Assembly: GCA_030704615.1 (NCBI GenBank)
Contig: CM060734.1
Location: 23,312,001 to 23,376,000, forward strand
DNA from: Takakia lepidozioides
Taxonomy: Eukaryota > Plantae > Bryophyta
Reading direction: 5' to 3'
Length of the DNA stretch: 64,000 bases
Shown in pieces: positions 21,601-35,651 of the stretch (its first letter is position 1; every line of letters begins with the position of its first letter). Below the pieces are notes generated by a model. That model was given only the letters and a program-made list of their open reading frames with translations, searched no databases and was not told the origin of the DNA. The translations under genes and the position numbers were made by a program.

Positions 21601-24600
21601 AGCTTACCGAACTTAGAAGTACAACAATAAGGTCATCCTCAAAGTAGTCCAGCTCATATGCTGACAGTAAAATCTCACGCATTGCCAAGGGCCAGGGCAC
21701 TTTGACCCTTTCAACAGCAACCCACCACGAAATTATTCGACTACAAAGGATGAGACCACAGCTACAACACATACATTTGTGTCCCATAAGGATTTTCCAT
21801 AGAGTCCATTGCTTTCTTTCACAAGTGACATCCCCATTTGTCCTCTGGGATAGTATGTGCACATTTCAAATGCTATGCTAAGTGTTTCCTTGAGCCAATC
21901 TGCAACCAAAATCAGCTTCATTCTTCCCTGGTAAATGTTATCACTAGACCCACTATTCAAACAAGATTAAGCACAGGTATCTCAGAGTGTATGAACACCA
22001 CATAGGAGCAACTGTGCCTGAAACATGCCTAGGTCAACTGGTAGTCTGATGGAAATAGGTGAAAATGATGTCTCAAGGGGAATTTGAAGTTTGAGAAGAT
22101 AGACATGTAAGATAGCTCCATTCCTATGACAGCAACTCATCTGGTTCGTCAAGACATTTTTCACAGAATAGAAACTTAGACCCAAGAGTCCCTCACCTGA
22201 GCAATGAAAGGTCCCCACCAACACTACTTCTTTGAAGCCAGCAGGATTCCACGATCTTGAATGAGGGGGCCACAAATTGTGGCCACCTGCACAAAGGCGC
22301 AGCTTGGATTAGAGAATGTATGCCAAAGGGTTGATGCACGTATGTCTGGAAGTCCCTTCAATTGAAAGAAATGCCTATAAATTTGTACAAATGTAATTGA
22401 TATTACCTCATTTCGAAGTGTATCGATGTGCAACACGATTGATATGCCTCAATCAGCAAGCTGTGGGCCTACATAGTGCAGGCTAACCAAGACATGGGCA
22501 TAAATATATCCTGAAACAACAGAAGTCTGGAATGAAGCCAATGTTCTGCTCACCATTCCTTATACTCTGGAGCCTCCCATGCCACGCATAAAGCTGCCTC
22601 CCCTCACACCCAGCCAAAGCAAGAACAATATGATACAGCTGTACTCATGGGTTAATTTCAAGACTATAGGCATGGCAGATTCACCACATCAGCTCTACGA
22701 TCGAATCTAAAGATTGCAGACATGATATGTTCTGATTTCATTGCTCTGTCCTTGATGAGGATCAACATTATGGTAGCAGGACCAACAGGATCCCTAGCAA
22801 CAATCAACTCAAGATAACTTCAAGTTGCATTGCAAGTAACTGGCCAAGTAAAGGTATTGTGAAGCACAGAAAGGAAATACTTGCACCTTCTGAGAAACAA
22901 TATCACAAACATTTTATGCGACCATCATATCTTCACTGCCAAGCAACATGGCTGAAGATCCGGCTTTAACGCAATTCACACATTATATTAGGATTCCTGT
23001 GCAACTGCCATTCTGTTCATGTTAACATGATGGACTTCGTCTATACATGTAAAGTTAGAAAGGAAAGAGGACAAGGACACAGAGATTTCTGAGAAAGGGA
23101 AGAGGATGGGGATCAAGAGATATTTGAGACGGAGGGACTACAGAGAGGCCAGTGCTCACCACTTGTCATCGGCCCGTCAATGAGGCCTTCTATACACAGA
23201 GAATGGTATGGAGTGCCCTCGGGACCTTCACAGTACATGACCCGGGATTCTGAAGTGTCTTGCTTGAGCTGAACCACCACACATGGAAAATCAAGCTATC
23301 AAAAGTTTTGAACAGGTAGCTAATGTCCCGCACCTTAACGGCCTACTTAATAATCTGCCGTGTATTATGGAGTCTCTCGGATCCAATGATACAAGAATGA
23401 AGTTACTCATTACTATACCCTTATTAATGGTTGGTAATCACTAATTTGTAGGTCAACAATGCAGGCTCTCCAATGAAGTGTTTGTAGGCCAACAATGTGA
23501 TAAGGACTGAGCATCATGGTTTAACATACCGACGATGCCACGATCACCCCTAGACCATACTCCAGCATAGCAACTCCTTTGTGTTGTCATACAATGGACT
23601 TTAAAATGAGTGTGCGGTTGTAGAAGAAACATAAGGTGAATAATGTGAATCCAGCTTGTTCAATGAGATTGGCTGTGAAACTGGATTAGGAGATTCAATT
23701 CAACCAGTCAGTTTTCAATAATGGTCTCCTAATACATGGAAAGAACTCAACCCATGCATTACACTTCAGAATCAAAAGTGAATGTGTGACCAGAGATTAA
23801 CAAAAAAAAAGGAGGCTTGTGATGACTCAGAGATACTGATAACTCATTTACTTTAATTACTAAAGCCTTCCCAGCATAGAAACCGTGCCCAAATGAGTGA
23901 ACAGTATAATGAGGGCCACTATATACAATAGACCACTCTGGACCACACAATAGAGTCCTTGTGAAACCTGTACTCTGTGGAAGTTGTGTCCAAATTAGTA
24001 GTTCTAGTGGTTCCCAAATACTTTTCTGAGTGGCAATAGGGCATAGAGTTTGGGCAATCCTCATGCTTGAAATCCTTCCAAAGAACCCAGCCAATCTTCC
24101 TGATCTTACATGGAGCAGCAAACATCTCTTTCGTATCCTCTCAGTCAGTTGCAGAAAAAGAACCGAGACAACAGAAACACATCACATGGCACTCCAGTCT
24201 ACTTTGACAACCTTGCAATTATGTCTGACTTTCACAAATTCAAGGGTTTGGGAATCTCATATATTTTCTGACAGAAATGTCTTGAAAGGGTCATCAAGTC
24301 CCGTCTCCTCATCCATAAAAGTCCAATGGTTTCAGCACCTATCGTAAGCCCATGCCATCTAGACCAACATGCGGAACTTCAAGTTCAGACACAAATGTCA
24401 GGTTAGCAGTTTTAGAAGAAGCTTACTATTCTCAAGGGCAGGATACTGTACTGATTGCTGGCTTCCTACACTGAATTCTCCACTCAAACAACTTGAACAT
24501 AAATGTGAGCCTGGTCAAATGCTACGGGAACCAGAAAAGCGCAGATTTGAACTTCAGTGTTAACATAGTGACTAAGAAGTTTTTTTGTGGCTGCTTTAAT

Positions 24601-25874
24601 CACATTTCAACTTGGGAGCCCAGCTTGATCCATTAAAAGAACTTGAACCCAAATAGTGGAAAGATGGAAGTCAAATACCCTCTCAGCTCGCCACTGGCAT
24701 GGATGACTTGGCGTTCTCTTACCTACATCTAGCTTCTGCCATCAGGATGACAAAATAACTGTTGACACTGTCAAAATACCACTGGAGACTTGATGGTCGT
24801 CCACCTAGGTTGGCACTGAGTTCCTTCGCTATCACCAGAACAGGGAGGGACACAGAGAATGTCCTCATAAGATGTTGTTTGCCCTGGCCTTGTGGCCATA
24901 GACCCCGCGCCCAGTTTGGGGGAAACAAGGGAACAGACACTACCTTTGTGAGCAGTAGTGTGACTTACCATGATAAAGACAATTTGTTTGATTTTCCAGA
25001 TATCCTCTAGAAAGCCCTTCACACAAGCATCAACTTGGTGAGTGTGAACTCCCCAGCAATTAGACTCCAACAGGGCCATTAGGCTGAGCCTCAAGATTTT
25101 CGAAGTTGGTGAACAGAGATGCGGGGACAGTGTTCTTGATGTTCCTGAAGAGGATCACTGTCTGGTGAGATATATCCCGGACAATGTACCAGAAAATGGA
25201 TATTGTCTTCAGGCTGCCCGTACATCTGGCAATTACAATTGCCTCTTCCTCTCTGCATCTGCTAATTGTTCAAAGGTAAGTTTTGCGCCCCGAGTTTAAA
25301 TTTCAGTCTAGTGCCAAGGGTAGGTCGGCCCTTGAGATCATCCTTAGGGTCCTCACTCATGTCACAGACTTAAAACAAGTTCAGGGAAGTTTTATGCCTA
25401 ACTTCATTTCATCGACAGTCTTCAGGCATCTGACATGGCACATTGGTTGCTGTAGCCTTCTTGTGGCCATAGAAACCCCGCCAAGTTTGGGTGGAACAAG
25501 AGGGAACAGACCCTACCTTTGTGAGGGGCTCACTCTGGTAGTGGGACTTACCTTGGTGCAAGCAGGCAATAGGTTTATACACACGGGCATACCCTAGCCC
25601 AAGTGCAAGCAAGCAAGACAGAGCATGCAACTGCCCACTTTGAGTGGAGGGGCTGCCCCCACATAGGGATCAGCTTGTTACCATTCAGAGATCATCACTC
25701 TATAGGAGCTGCAGGGAATGGCTTGCGTAGATGATAGAGAGAGAAAGAGAATGTACTCACAAGACATTGTTTGCCGTAGCCTTAGAGAGAGAATGTACTC
25801 ATAAGACGTTGTAGCCTTAGAGATTGTACTCATAAGACATTGTTTGCCGTAGCCTTGTGGCCATTGTGTAGCCT

Positions 25875-25915
<41 letters not shown>

Positions 25916-26934
25916 TTAAGGGTGGATCTTCTGGTCGAAGAGAGAGGATCTACCTTCCACTCCCGCATGCCATCAGCGTTGTCTGGGGTTACAACCTTGC
26001 TTGTCCTTTCCCCCTTTGCACTCCTCAGGGATTCCAACAAGTTAAACAACATTTTGCTCTTCTTGTCAACCACCTGGTCAAATTGCTTGCCTCCATGAAC
26101 TGGTCTGCTGTTGAGGACCTTCCCATCTGAGAGAGGGGGTAACAGATTAAGACGACAAAAAAGAAAAATCAGTTTGACAGATCATGATACAGATGATCAT
26201 GTTAGAAAGCATGAAACAGCACATGAAAGGAAGCCCACAGTCTTCTGTTCTGTCTAACCACGAGCAATAGTCCACCAAAATTGTTTTCTCAGTATGAAAT
26301 ATGGATAATGGAGTTTACATCTAAACTGGAGTAGTTCCTCAGTGAAACAGCCTGAACTACTCAAGGGTTGTCTGATCCAGGGACGATTTAACATTCCTCT
26401 GATCAACTGCTCAACGTACGAAAAAGCTGTCACTCTCAGGCTACCAGGGTCTAGAATAAAAGAAAGACGAGAACAATTTCCCCGCTCCATACAACTTTAC
26501 CATCTGTACAATTTCCCCTGCGAAATTGCAGTTTCGGGGCAATGGGCAGAGAACTCCACGGTGAAGAGACGAACTGGAGCGACAGAAAGAAAGCATAGAG
26601 ATACCAAGGAGAGCCGCACTGCACAGTCGTTTGAAAAGTGACTCACAATAGAAACACGGATGATCGAGGGTTCACTACAAATCGACCATACACAAGAATT
26701 CGCAGTTCAAGAGAGAGATTGGAAATCCAAGTCAATATCGTGCTTAAGCATTTACGAATGCTCAACTGAGACTGCTTCAGAGTTGAGAGAGCAAAAAGAG
26801 AGAGAACCTTCGGCAGCGCGGGAGGAATTATGCAGCTGACTGCGTATGAGTCCTCGAAGGCACGTCTTATCAGACAGAGTAGGCGAAGCCAAAGTCTTGT
26901 CCAACCTTTGTCTGGCCTCAATTACTTTCGTCAT
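18628..26934 (-). CDS. Multi-exon START/polyketide cyclase-dehydrase lipid-transport superfamily protein (At3g11720/At5g06440-like)
   Basis: Approximate exons with GT-AG ends: 26808-26934 (MTKVIEARQRLDKTLASP), 25954-26127 (...MREWK), 23160-23269 (LKQDTSESRVMYCEGPEGTPYHSL), 22554-22594 (LCVAWEAPEYKEW), ~22195-22288 (WPQFVAPSFK), ~21610-21710 (VKVPWPLAMREI...DDLIVVLLSS), ~20291-20428 (VRMDLVGGFVLQK), ~20035-20137 (DMKLDFVPPWLINFVARQL), and the terminal exon ending at 18628. Confidence 0.85.
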
Positions 26935-27275
26935 CCTTGCTTCATGGATAGCAGCTCAACACAGTGACATCTCTGCCGCAATGGCAATGGTCGCGTCCAA
27001 TCTCTACCCCGCCTCAATCATCTGTGATTCTTCCTTCATGCAACAGTCAATCCGTCGAGCCTCAAAAAACAACATAAGGCTCTACCCGGTCAACCTCATG
27101 CCTCTAGAAAAACATGCTGAGCTGTGCACCAAGCAAGTCTATGGCGGATGTCACAGTGGCATGTTGACTATCTTCCTCTCTCTCCCTTTGTGCTCCGCTC
27201 AAACTGGGCGCGGGTCAATGGCCACAAGGCTACGGCAAACAACGTCTTATGAGTACATTCTCTCTCTCTCGCTCT
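24858..27275. repeat. Dispersed short repeat family: several intronic copies plus one inverted copy upstream of the START gene
   Basis: Core agaatgtactcataagacgttgtttgccgtagccttgtggccat at ~24855-24915, partially at ~25460, and tandem at ~25745-25870. Reverse complement at ~27200-27265. Confidence 0.75.
25877..25910. repeat. (GA)n microsatellite
   Basis: Uninterrupted GA run in an intron. Confidence 0.95.
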
Positions 27276-27737
27276 TCTCCTTCATCAGAGATTCAGCACA
27301 ACACCTACAAAATGTTTTCTCTCGTACAAATCATAGCACGACTTGCTGCTCACAATCTTCCTCCTCTGTACCATCCACCCACTTTCCCAAGTGTGTGTGT
27401 GTCTCTCTCTCCCTTCCTGCGTCAGTCGTCCGACTCTGCATGATTGCGTGGATGGCTGGCCCACTCTCATAATTCACACCTGTAAAAGACTCCGGTGACC
27501 GTCATATTGTCCCTCGGGTTTCACTGCAGTCTGCAGTTAAAAAAAAGCATAGTAACTACATAACATACAGCCTCTCATTTTTTAATATTAGCGTCTTCAA
27601 TGCACCTATGGGCCTCGCCAGTACCGCCCATGGGGTAGCTCATAAGCCCACCGGCCATTCACTGGGTGGGCCAGATCCTGAAAATTTTCTAAGTCCTTGT
27701 TAATCTACCACGGCGGACCTTCTAGCGGACTGGGCAC

Positions 27738-27858
27738 ACCCTCCAACAGACTCCAACCTTCGAGCGGACTAGCAGACCCTCCAACAGACCGACTCCAACC
27801 TTCGAGCATACCGACAGACCCTCCAACAGACCGACGAGTGGACTGACTCCAACCTTCT
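27738..27858. repeat. Short tandem repeat, ~40-bp unit
   Basis: About 3 copies of gaccctccaacagaccgactccaaccttcgagc. Confidence 0.75.
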
Positions 27859-28453
27859 AAGGTAGACAATTGTATGAATCAAGCATCAACAGTTCGTTTC
27901 TCCTCCTCCACTGCGCTCTCCATCCCTCAGCTCCAGATCGTCCTTCCCTTTAAGAAATGCAGGCAATTTCAGCTGTGCAGCGTCCTTATATACATTTATC
28001 CCATGTAGGCACAAGAAAATGAAATTTATTGAAAAAAAAAACAAAAAAATCCAAAGTTATACATAATATCGGTGAATTTTCAAGCTGAAAACACATAATA
28101 ATCCTTGAATGTACCAGTGAGGGGGTACTATTTTGAACAGCAAGTGCATTGTATCAAGAGCGCATGGGTCCCAAAAGGTGTACATCACCATTCACTTTAC
28201 TGATTACGCTGCACAGTAGTATGGACCATGTCATTTAGTTAAACTACTCATCAATTACATAAACTTGACTATTTACTGAGCTTTACGTATCTGACTACGC
28301 AGATCAAAGCGTCCTCGGTGACTACGAGATGTGTCCCTGGACTAATTGAAAAATGAACAGTCATGATCTGCAAAACTAATCGTTAGTGGAGAATAAACAA
28401 ATCTTCAGCTTGTCCAACATGAGAACCATTTGATCCCAAAACTGATCGGCTTC

Positions 28454-30140
28454 TCAACGATCACCGGCTCTGCTTACGCTTCTGTAAACCCATGGAGGTT
28501 CGATAAGGACGAACCCTGATGTATCCAGACCCGCCTTCTTCGCTTTCTGTTTTTGAATTGTCACTTTCATGTTGCGGCGACAAATAGGTGGATCCACAGA
28601 AAACTCCTCGGTAAGCTGTGGTCGGAATGGAAGCATCAAATCGGATGGCAGCATGGAGTCGCTCTCCAATCGCTGAACAATTTTTGGCGGACCAGAGATT
28701 ATCGAACTGTTTTCTGGCCTCCCGCTCCTCCACCTTTTTGCGCTTCAGCTCCTCTTTTTCCACCTTATCGAGAGCACACTTTTGCTTATTCAATTCGCGC
28801 TCTTTTTTACGCTGCTCCCGCACTTTCAGGGCTTCTTCTTTCCTAGAAATATTTTGCTCCAAAGTTAGCAAGTACTCATCTGAGGTCATGAGAATGGACT
28901 TGTTGTAGTCAATTATTGGCTCCGAGCCATCTCCATTCAATCGTCGTCGAGGTGCTACTGGTATTTGTGGTAGACTCAAAAATTGAGTGGTAGAGTACCG
29001 TTGAATGGGTGCTCCTGCAACTATTTCCAGCTCCGGTGAGGATCCAGTGTCGCTAGATTGGCTGGAGGATAATCGCTCTGTACCTGGCGGGACCAACTCA
29101 TTTTCGTCCTCTTCCTCCACGAAGTAGTGGTGCGTACCTACCTCATCATGTGTCTTGGATATGTTATTTTCCAAAATTTCCTCAACTTGCAAGTCAACAG
29201 TGGCAGTCCTTATATCTTCTTGACCAGGATGGGTGTCGTCCTCCGGGACCTCCATCCTATAACCCTTGCTGGCCCATGCGGTTCTACATGGCATCCGGAT
29301 TGAGAGGCTTGATCCCAATCACGGCAAAACTTTTTCTTACATTTTCAAGACTCTTCGTTTTTTTCAAAGCTAGTGAAACCCAATGTGCGAGATCCTCTTT
29401 CAAGGCTGTGCCTCCCTTGTGTGCCATCGTCTAAACATCACGGTAAGCCCTGAATGTGCTCTGTCTGTCACTGTTACATACATGTACCGATATGTATTGT
29501 GAAGATTTACAGACATGCAGACTGTAAATGACCTTTAATGCACTAGTGGTTGTCGGTGCTATCATGAATGAATGCTGGAGGGACCTACATTCCGAATTTC
29601 TATATTTTCAAGGGGAAGAGGTTCAAACGTAACTATATTTTCAAGTGTGAAAGTGGTGCTACGATGGCCATGCAACCGAAGGCCTGGATGACGGGTTTTC
29701 TCTCTTCATGAAATGGATCTCCCATTTTATCAAAGCAGCATAGAAGGTCGACAATCCAATTACTCCAGAGAACAGACACTTGTTGATTATGGACGGTCAT
29801 AACAGCCATGTTACCATTCAGGTCGTTAAACAAGCGAAAGCCGTGGGGCTGGATCTGATCACGCTCCCCTCGCACACCTCCCATGCACTCCAGCCTCTTG
29901 ATGTCTCAGTGTTTAAACCTTAATGTACAATGCGGGACCCTTTCTTTGCAAGAACCAACGCTCCTCCATTCCGGCCTGCCTGGGCCTTTGACTCGTCACA
30001 ATTCCAGATTTTATCCGGTGTATTTGTTCAGCTCATAAATTTTAGCAAGATTCTCGTAAAACATTTCCACATTAGATGGACACAAGCCCTTCGCCCGGCC
30101 AGTCTCAAATCCTTGTGCATTCTTCCTAGGCCGCCCAAGT
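28454..30140 (-). mobile_element. pogo/Tc1-superfamily (DDE_1) DNA transposon relic with an inverted catalytic segment
   Basis: Minus strand: GRAKGLCPSNVEMFYENL...IWNCDE (29930-30140). Plus strand: MNAGGTYIPNFYIFKG...KAWMT and HLLIMDGHNSH...LPSHTSHALQPLDVSVFKP (29546-29921). Minus strand again: STFRAYRDV...KEDLAHWVSLAL...GIKPLNP and a K/E/R-rich tail. Confidence 0.85.
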
Positions 30141-30189
30141 TCGTCACTCAAGTGCCTGGAAATACCTGTCCTGCATATACTAAGATAAG

Positions 30190-33100
30190 CTATGATACCC
30201 AGCACCTTTAAGTTGGGTCTTAATAAGACCCAAGAGGCACTGATCAGTGAGTCTGCCTCTCCAATCACTGAATTCCATCCCTGTCTAACTCTTCTAACAG
30301 AAAGCTGCTGCTCAGCCATATCAGCAGAAATCAAAGAGCTGGAAGCTTCATCCCAAAAATGCAAGATATGTGCCAATCCTGCAGCTTCCCATTCCGCCCA
30401 TCTTTTATCACATGGAATTAAAACCTCACTATCCCGGTTATAGTTACCAAAGAGAGGTTGCCTCAACACCTCACTGAAGGTAGAGGGACTTATCTGAACC
30501 AGGAAAGGGCATAACTTGCACCACACCAACCAGATAGATTGCCAAGCCCGAGATCCCTGTCGAGGCTTTGCATTGAGCTTACCACCTTGAACAATCCATC
30601 TTAATGAATGTGCCCACTTATCACTGGTACGAGGCGTTAGCCAGCAGATGTTGCCTGACCAGGCGGCTCCAAGGGCTTGAAAGATGAGTTAGAGTTCGAG
30701 GCACCCATTTAGCAAGCAGTGCAGTTATCTGTGCTTGAGGGTCCAACACACCCAACCCTCCATTCTTTTTACTTTGCGTCAGCTGATCCCAGCTCACAAG
30801 GGCTCTTTTGGTGGAAGAAGGAGTTGCTCCCCAGATGAAATTTCTCATCAGCGATTTAACCTTCTTTATAATCTCTGATCCAGGAGACCATACAGATGCC
30901 AGGAACCACAAGGAGGCCAAAAGAACCTGATTTACAATCAGCGCTCTGCCAACTACCGAGAGATGCAGGGAACACCAGTGGGCAAGTTTCCTTCTCAACT
31001 TAGAAAGGACAGTAGCAAACCTGACATCGATCAGTTCCCACCAGCTGTCCCAGCAGCTCATGTGACTCTCCATCCAAGAGCCATCTCAGGGCCAGCTCAA
31101 TACCCCACGGCGCAATGTGACTAGCAGAAGTGGTGTCCGATAACTGGCTCAGCAAGCCCACCGACTTTTTCCAATTAATTCTGAACCCGAGGCTCCACAG
31201 AATGCCTTAAGCAAACTGAGCGCAGCATTAACATTGGATAGGGAAGAGTTGTTAATGAATAAGGAAGTATCATCAGCATACAGCAAGGATCTAATGGAAG
31301 ATGCAATGTAGTTACCTTGGGAATTAGGGATAACCAACCCCAAAGAGTCTTGCCTCTTATCCATCAGATGGTCCAGCCCGTCCGCTGCGACCAGGAAAAG
31401 GAAGGGAGCCAGCGGGCAGCCCTGTCGGACTGACTTGAAGAGAGGGAAGGCTTTGGAGAGCACTCCGTTAACCATTACTCTGCTCGAGGCTGAAGACAGC
31501 AGAATTTGGATCCACTTTAAGAAGCTCCCATTGATTCCTGTCGCTTTCAAAGCCCCTAAAAGATAATTCCAGCTTATATTATCAAAGGCTTTCTCGAAGT
31601 CTAACATCAGCAATGCTAGAGGTTGGTTATCAGTCCGAGCCAGATGCAGTGCCTCATTGGTAAGGAGGATATTATCAAGTATCATCCTACCTTTCAAGAA
31701 TCCAGATTGCTCTGGTCTTATCAACTTAGAAAGCAAGGGTTACAAACGGCGAGCAAGAGCCTTAGCAATAATTTTATAAGCAGAATTCAATAAAGTTATG
31801 GGTCTGTAGTTAGAAAGCTGATCTCTGTCACCTTTTTTGTACACGAGGGTTATGACACCCTGCGACAACTGTGAGGGCATTATCCCTTTTTCCAAGATAT
31901 CATTGGCCATGCGCAGGAAGTCATCCCCAGCCACCTCCCACAGGGCAGTGAAGAACTCCACCGGCAGCCCATCCAATCCAGGGGTCTTCAGGGGACTCAA
32001 GGCTTCAGCAGCCTCCAAGAGCTCAAAATCAGAAAAGGGTTCAGATAGGGCAGTCTTTTCAGAGCTAGAGAGAATATTAGGAAAGGATTGCAGGACCTGG
32101 ATCATCCACTTCCTCATAGAACAAATGAGTAAAATGCTCTGCAGCTGCAGCAGCCATTTTCTTTGGCTCAGTGACTGTGAGACCGCTGGGGATCGCAATG
32201 GCATGTAGGTGAGTAGCCTCCCTTCTCTGCCTTGCTTTCTGAAAAAAGTAACCCGTCATCTTTTCACCCTTCAATGACCAGTTAACCCCAGCTTTAATAC
32301 GCAAGAATTTTTCCTCATCATCATCAACTTCAGCCAGATTTCTTTTGGCAGTAAGGTAAGACTCCATTGTCATTGCACCATGATTACCCTCTTCAATTCG
32401 TCTTTGACAGTGCAGAAGGCATTTAGACAAAGCATTACGATGTTGAGCTCTTTCCAAGGCTATAGCACGAGTGAGGGCTTGAGCCAGCCTTCTTGTAGCT
32501 TGCAGCTTATGCAAGAACGAGATGGAAGGGGATTGGAATCCATTGCCAGCAGAAGTCCATTCAAGCTTCAACTTCTGCAGACAGTCAGCCTTTTTTAAAA
32601 TTCCAGGGTTTAGTTTGAAATAACCTCTGCCTCTAGAATGCAATCCAGGCGGTTTAAAGTCGGCTGAAACCACTGCATGATCAAAGTCAGCTAGGATGGG
32701 TGACTGCGGCATACCTTTGGCCCATGAGAGGGGGGAATGTGAACAGTAGATCCTGTCCAGACGGGCCATACACAGATGTGGAGGATTCCTCAAATTAGAC
32801 CACGTGAATCTTAAGCCAGAGGGAGAGTCTGAAAAAATATCCACCAAACCCACTGAGAAACAAAGCATATCCCATGCAATTTGTTCCTCATCCGATAAAG
32901 AATGAGAGGCATGCACCAATCTATGATTGTAATTGTCAACCATATTGAAATCCCCCGCTAGTACCCAGTTAAGGATATTGGGAAAGCTTGTAATCTTATC
33001 TCTGATAGCACTGAGCACGGTCATGGGACTGGTTAGGCGCATAGACATTGATAAAAGCAGTCTGTCCAAAGGGGGAGGCAGGTTCAGGGAAGAGGCACTG

Positions 33101-33420
33101 CACACGGCCCTGAACCCAGATTTGGACATCATTGATAGAGCTAGCAATAGTGGGTGAGACCAAAATCGCCGTACCCCCACGGGAGGAGGATATAGTAGGG
33201 TTCCACCAAGCAGCCTGCGATGGCCAGAAACTGTTCCCTATGGATCTAATTTTATTGTCATCCAATTTGGTCTCTTGGAGGAAGATGATAGCAGCGGTTG
33301 AAAGAAAGGAAGAAGCCCAAAGCTTGACACGCCTTCTTTTTGGCATGGTGGTATCAGAGCCCATACCACGTATATTCCAAGAATGCAAGGACCAAGTCAT
33401 GAGGGAAATCGATGGCAACC
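30190..33420 (-). mobile_element. L1-like non-LTR retrotransposon ORF2 relic (APE endonuclease and RT), frameshifted, 3' end lost
   Basis: SWNIRG, IFLQETK, GDFN and RLDRIY for the endonuclease. PGLDG, NYRPITLLN, LDFEKAFD, VRQGCPLAP and YADD for RT. Downstream GGLGVLD. Confidence 0.93.
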
Positions 33421-35390
33421 CGTAGATAAATCTCTACGATTTGATGGCCGTGATGACAAAGCAAGAGTAAGATGAATATGAAGGAAAGGAGAGGAGGATC
33501 TTAGGCTAATGAGCCAGTTATTCAGTCTGGATTTCCCTCCTTCCCACCAACAACAGTAGATGGTAATCATTGACTTTGGGTTTATCAGTTGCCAATGAGC
33601 AGTCTCTTCCAAACCAAAAGTGCAGGGATCACCTTTCAAGGCCAAATTTCCAGACTTCAGATATATGACCAGGGCACTAGCTGCACACCCAGCCGGCAGG
33701 TCCCAATTGAGAGCAGAGACGTGAGGAAAGATAGGTCCTTGAATGCAAAAAGGGTGGTTTGAGCTTACCGGTGATGGGGACGTTGTAGCCAAATCCATTA
33801 TAGTGAAGAATTTGTCAGTTGATGGAGGGTCATCCTCAGCGGGCATGTTCCTTTGGGAGTAGTAGAATTCCTCCACAATGTTCATCGCCGCCTCGTACAC
33901 CGCCGACAAAAATTTCTTGTTTCCCCTATCACCAATTCCCCTGGGATCTGCTTCCCCTGCAGCCAGGTTAGAGAGGAAGAGGAGCTATCAAGCAAATTGA
34001 GATCAGAGAGACGAATTGTAGGGAGCAGCTGGATACAATAATCGCCAGAGGTGCATTGGTGCTTGAAGGCACCGAAGAGAAGATAGGGGTATTAGAATTA
34101 AGAACCAGATTGGGCATATAATGCAAAAATATGCTATGAATCTTAAGTGTGAAACTCTCGTAGACGTGCTCACTGGGCAAATTGCTGTTTCGGAAGAAAA
34201 AGATAATTGTTTTGATTTGACGGTGCTGATAAATATGCTTGTCATGTACAGTTGGTTGACTCAACCGTTTTGGTAAAGACTTCCGAGTCTTGGAATGTGT
34301 CGTGGTATACAACGGAACATTTGATCAGACTGAGAGTAGACGGTAGGCATGTGATCCCCCGATAATACAACTGTTGAATCCATAACAAAGTTTATCACTA
34401 CAGCAGCACACTCTTGCTTATTTCTTGAATGGACTTTTGCAAATGAATGTAACGTGTGAAATTTGAATGCAGAAGAGCATGTAGATTTCCAACTTATAAT
34501 TACTCCAGTATGCACTTATGAAATTGAGTTGATAGGATGGTAGAACCATGAGGTGCATAGAAATACTGCTGTCAACTTGGAAGGTGCAACATGTGCGAGG
34601 GAAGCAGCCGGTTCTTGTTAAGCTTTTTCTTAGGCTCTCGATCAGCAATTATCAATAGGCGTAATTGATATCCAGCTAAGAACTGGCTTTGTGCTAAGTA
34701 TCTGGTTGGCAATAGTGTGCAACGATCAAGATGAGACCAACCCATCCCCCATTCATAACATTGTGAAAACCACCCACATACTTGGGACTTTCGCTTGGCC
34801 TGAAGAAGCAGTGTGCAGGTATCAAGGGTTACAGTACCCAGATTGGGCGGGTCTCATAGAACAGAGAAGTCCCAATGCCCGCAGCCACTAAAGGCCGACA
34901 AGCCCAAAAGACGATATGAGGTCAAGTGTTTCCCAGCGCCTTCAAGGTGGTGTGAAACTCACTCTGGTATTAGTAGCCTCACTGCAGCTCCACTAACTCA
35001 TCAAGGATAGCGTAGTTAAATGGGAGAAAGAAAAAGCCCACGCCCTTGCCTAAAGGTGGAGAAGGCCCAGAAAAAGCGGGCAATGGTATTTCCGGCAGGA
35101 GAGAAGCTCCTCACTGCACACCCCCAAATCGAGAGTGCAATAGGGCACAGCAACTGTAGCAAGGTTGTGAGAGTAAACTTCATGTCACTTTACCCTGTTC
35201 AAGCGTCTAAGCAAAGGCTTCAAAAGGTCTACATGGAAGATAGTTCCTGCACCCTGGAGATATCCTTTAAGAACACCACTGGTGACTACTTGGCCGTCAT
35301 AATCCACTAAAGCCAGGGACAACAATGTTGATGTGATCCCAAACACAAACTCCAGAAAAGCAAATAAAGGTTACCAGATACAAACCTAAC

Positions 35391-35651
35391 ACAACTAGTA
35401 AAGGTTGTCTGATAGGTATATATTTTTGTATCAACGAGGACTATGTCCTTGCAGTCCTTTGGATGTTATGTGTTTCCAGACAGCTAAGAAACTACAATAT
35501 CCGAAATGGAAAGTAGACGACACAACTAGTAAAGGTTGACTGATATGTATATGTTTTTGTATCAACGAGGACTGTCCTTGCAGTCCTTTGGATGTTATGT
35601 GTTTCCAGACAGCTAAGAAACTACAATATCCGAAATGGAAAGTAGACGACA
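35391..35651. repeat. Tandem duplication of ~130 bp (2 copies)
   Basis: caactagtaaaggttg...gaaagtagacgacac at ~35391-35522 and ~35523-35651, near-identical. Confidence 0.9.

Noticed and set aside
26846-27472. 208-aa plus-strand ORF
   Set aside because: Antisense to START exon 1 and runs through a repeat; no recognisable domain.
30011-30529. 172-aa ORF as a novel protein
   Set aside because: Chimeric read-through across the LINE/pogo junction.
33349-33360. Perfect TGGTATCAGAGC (tRNA-iMet primer-binding-site sequence)
   Set aside because: It lies antisense within the LINE endonuclease coding region with no adjacent LTR or gag, so it is probably coincidental.
33397-33909. Possible LINE ORF1
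   Set aside because: Position fits but no RRM or zinc-knuckle motif is recognisable.
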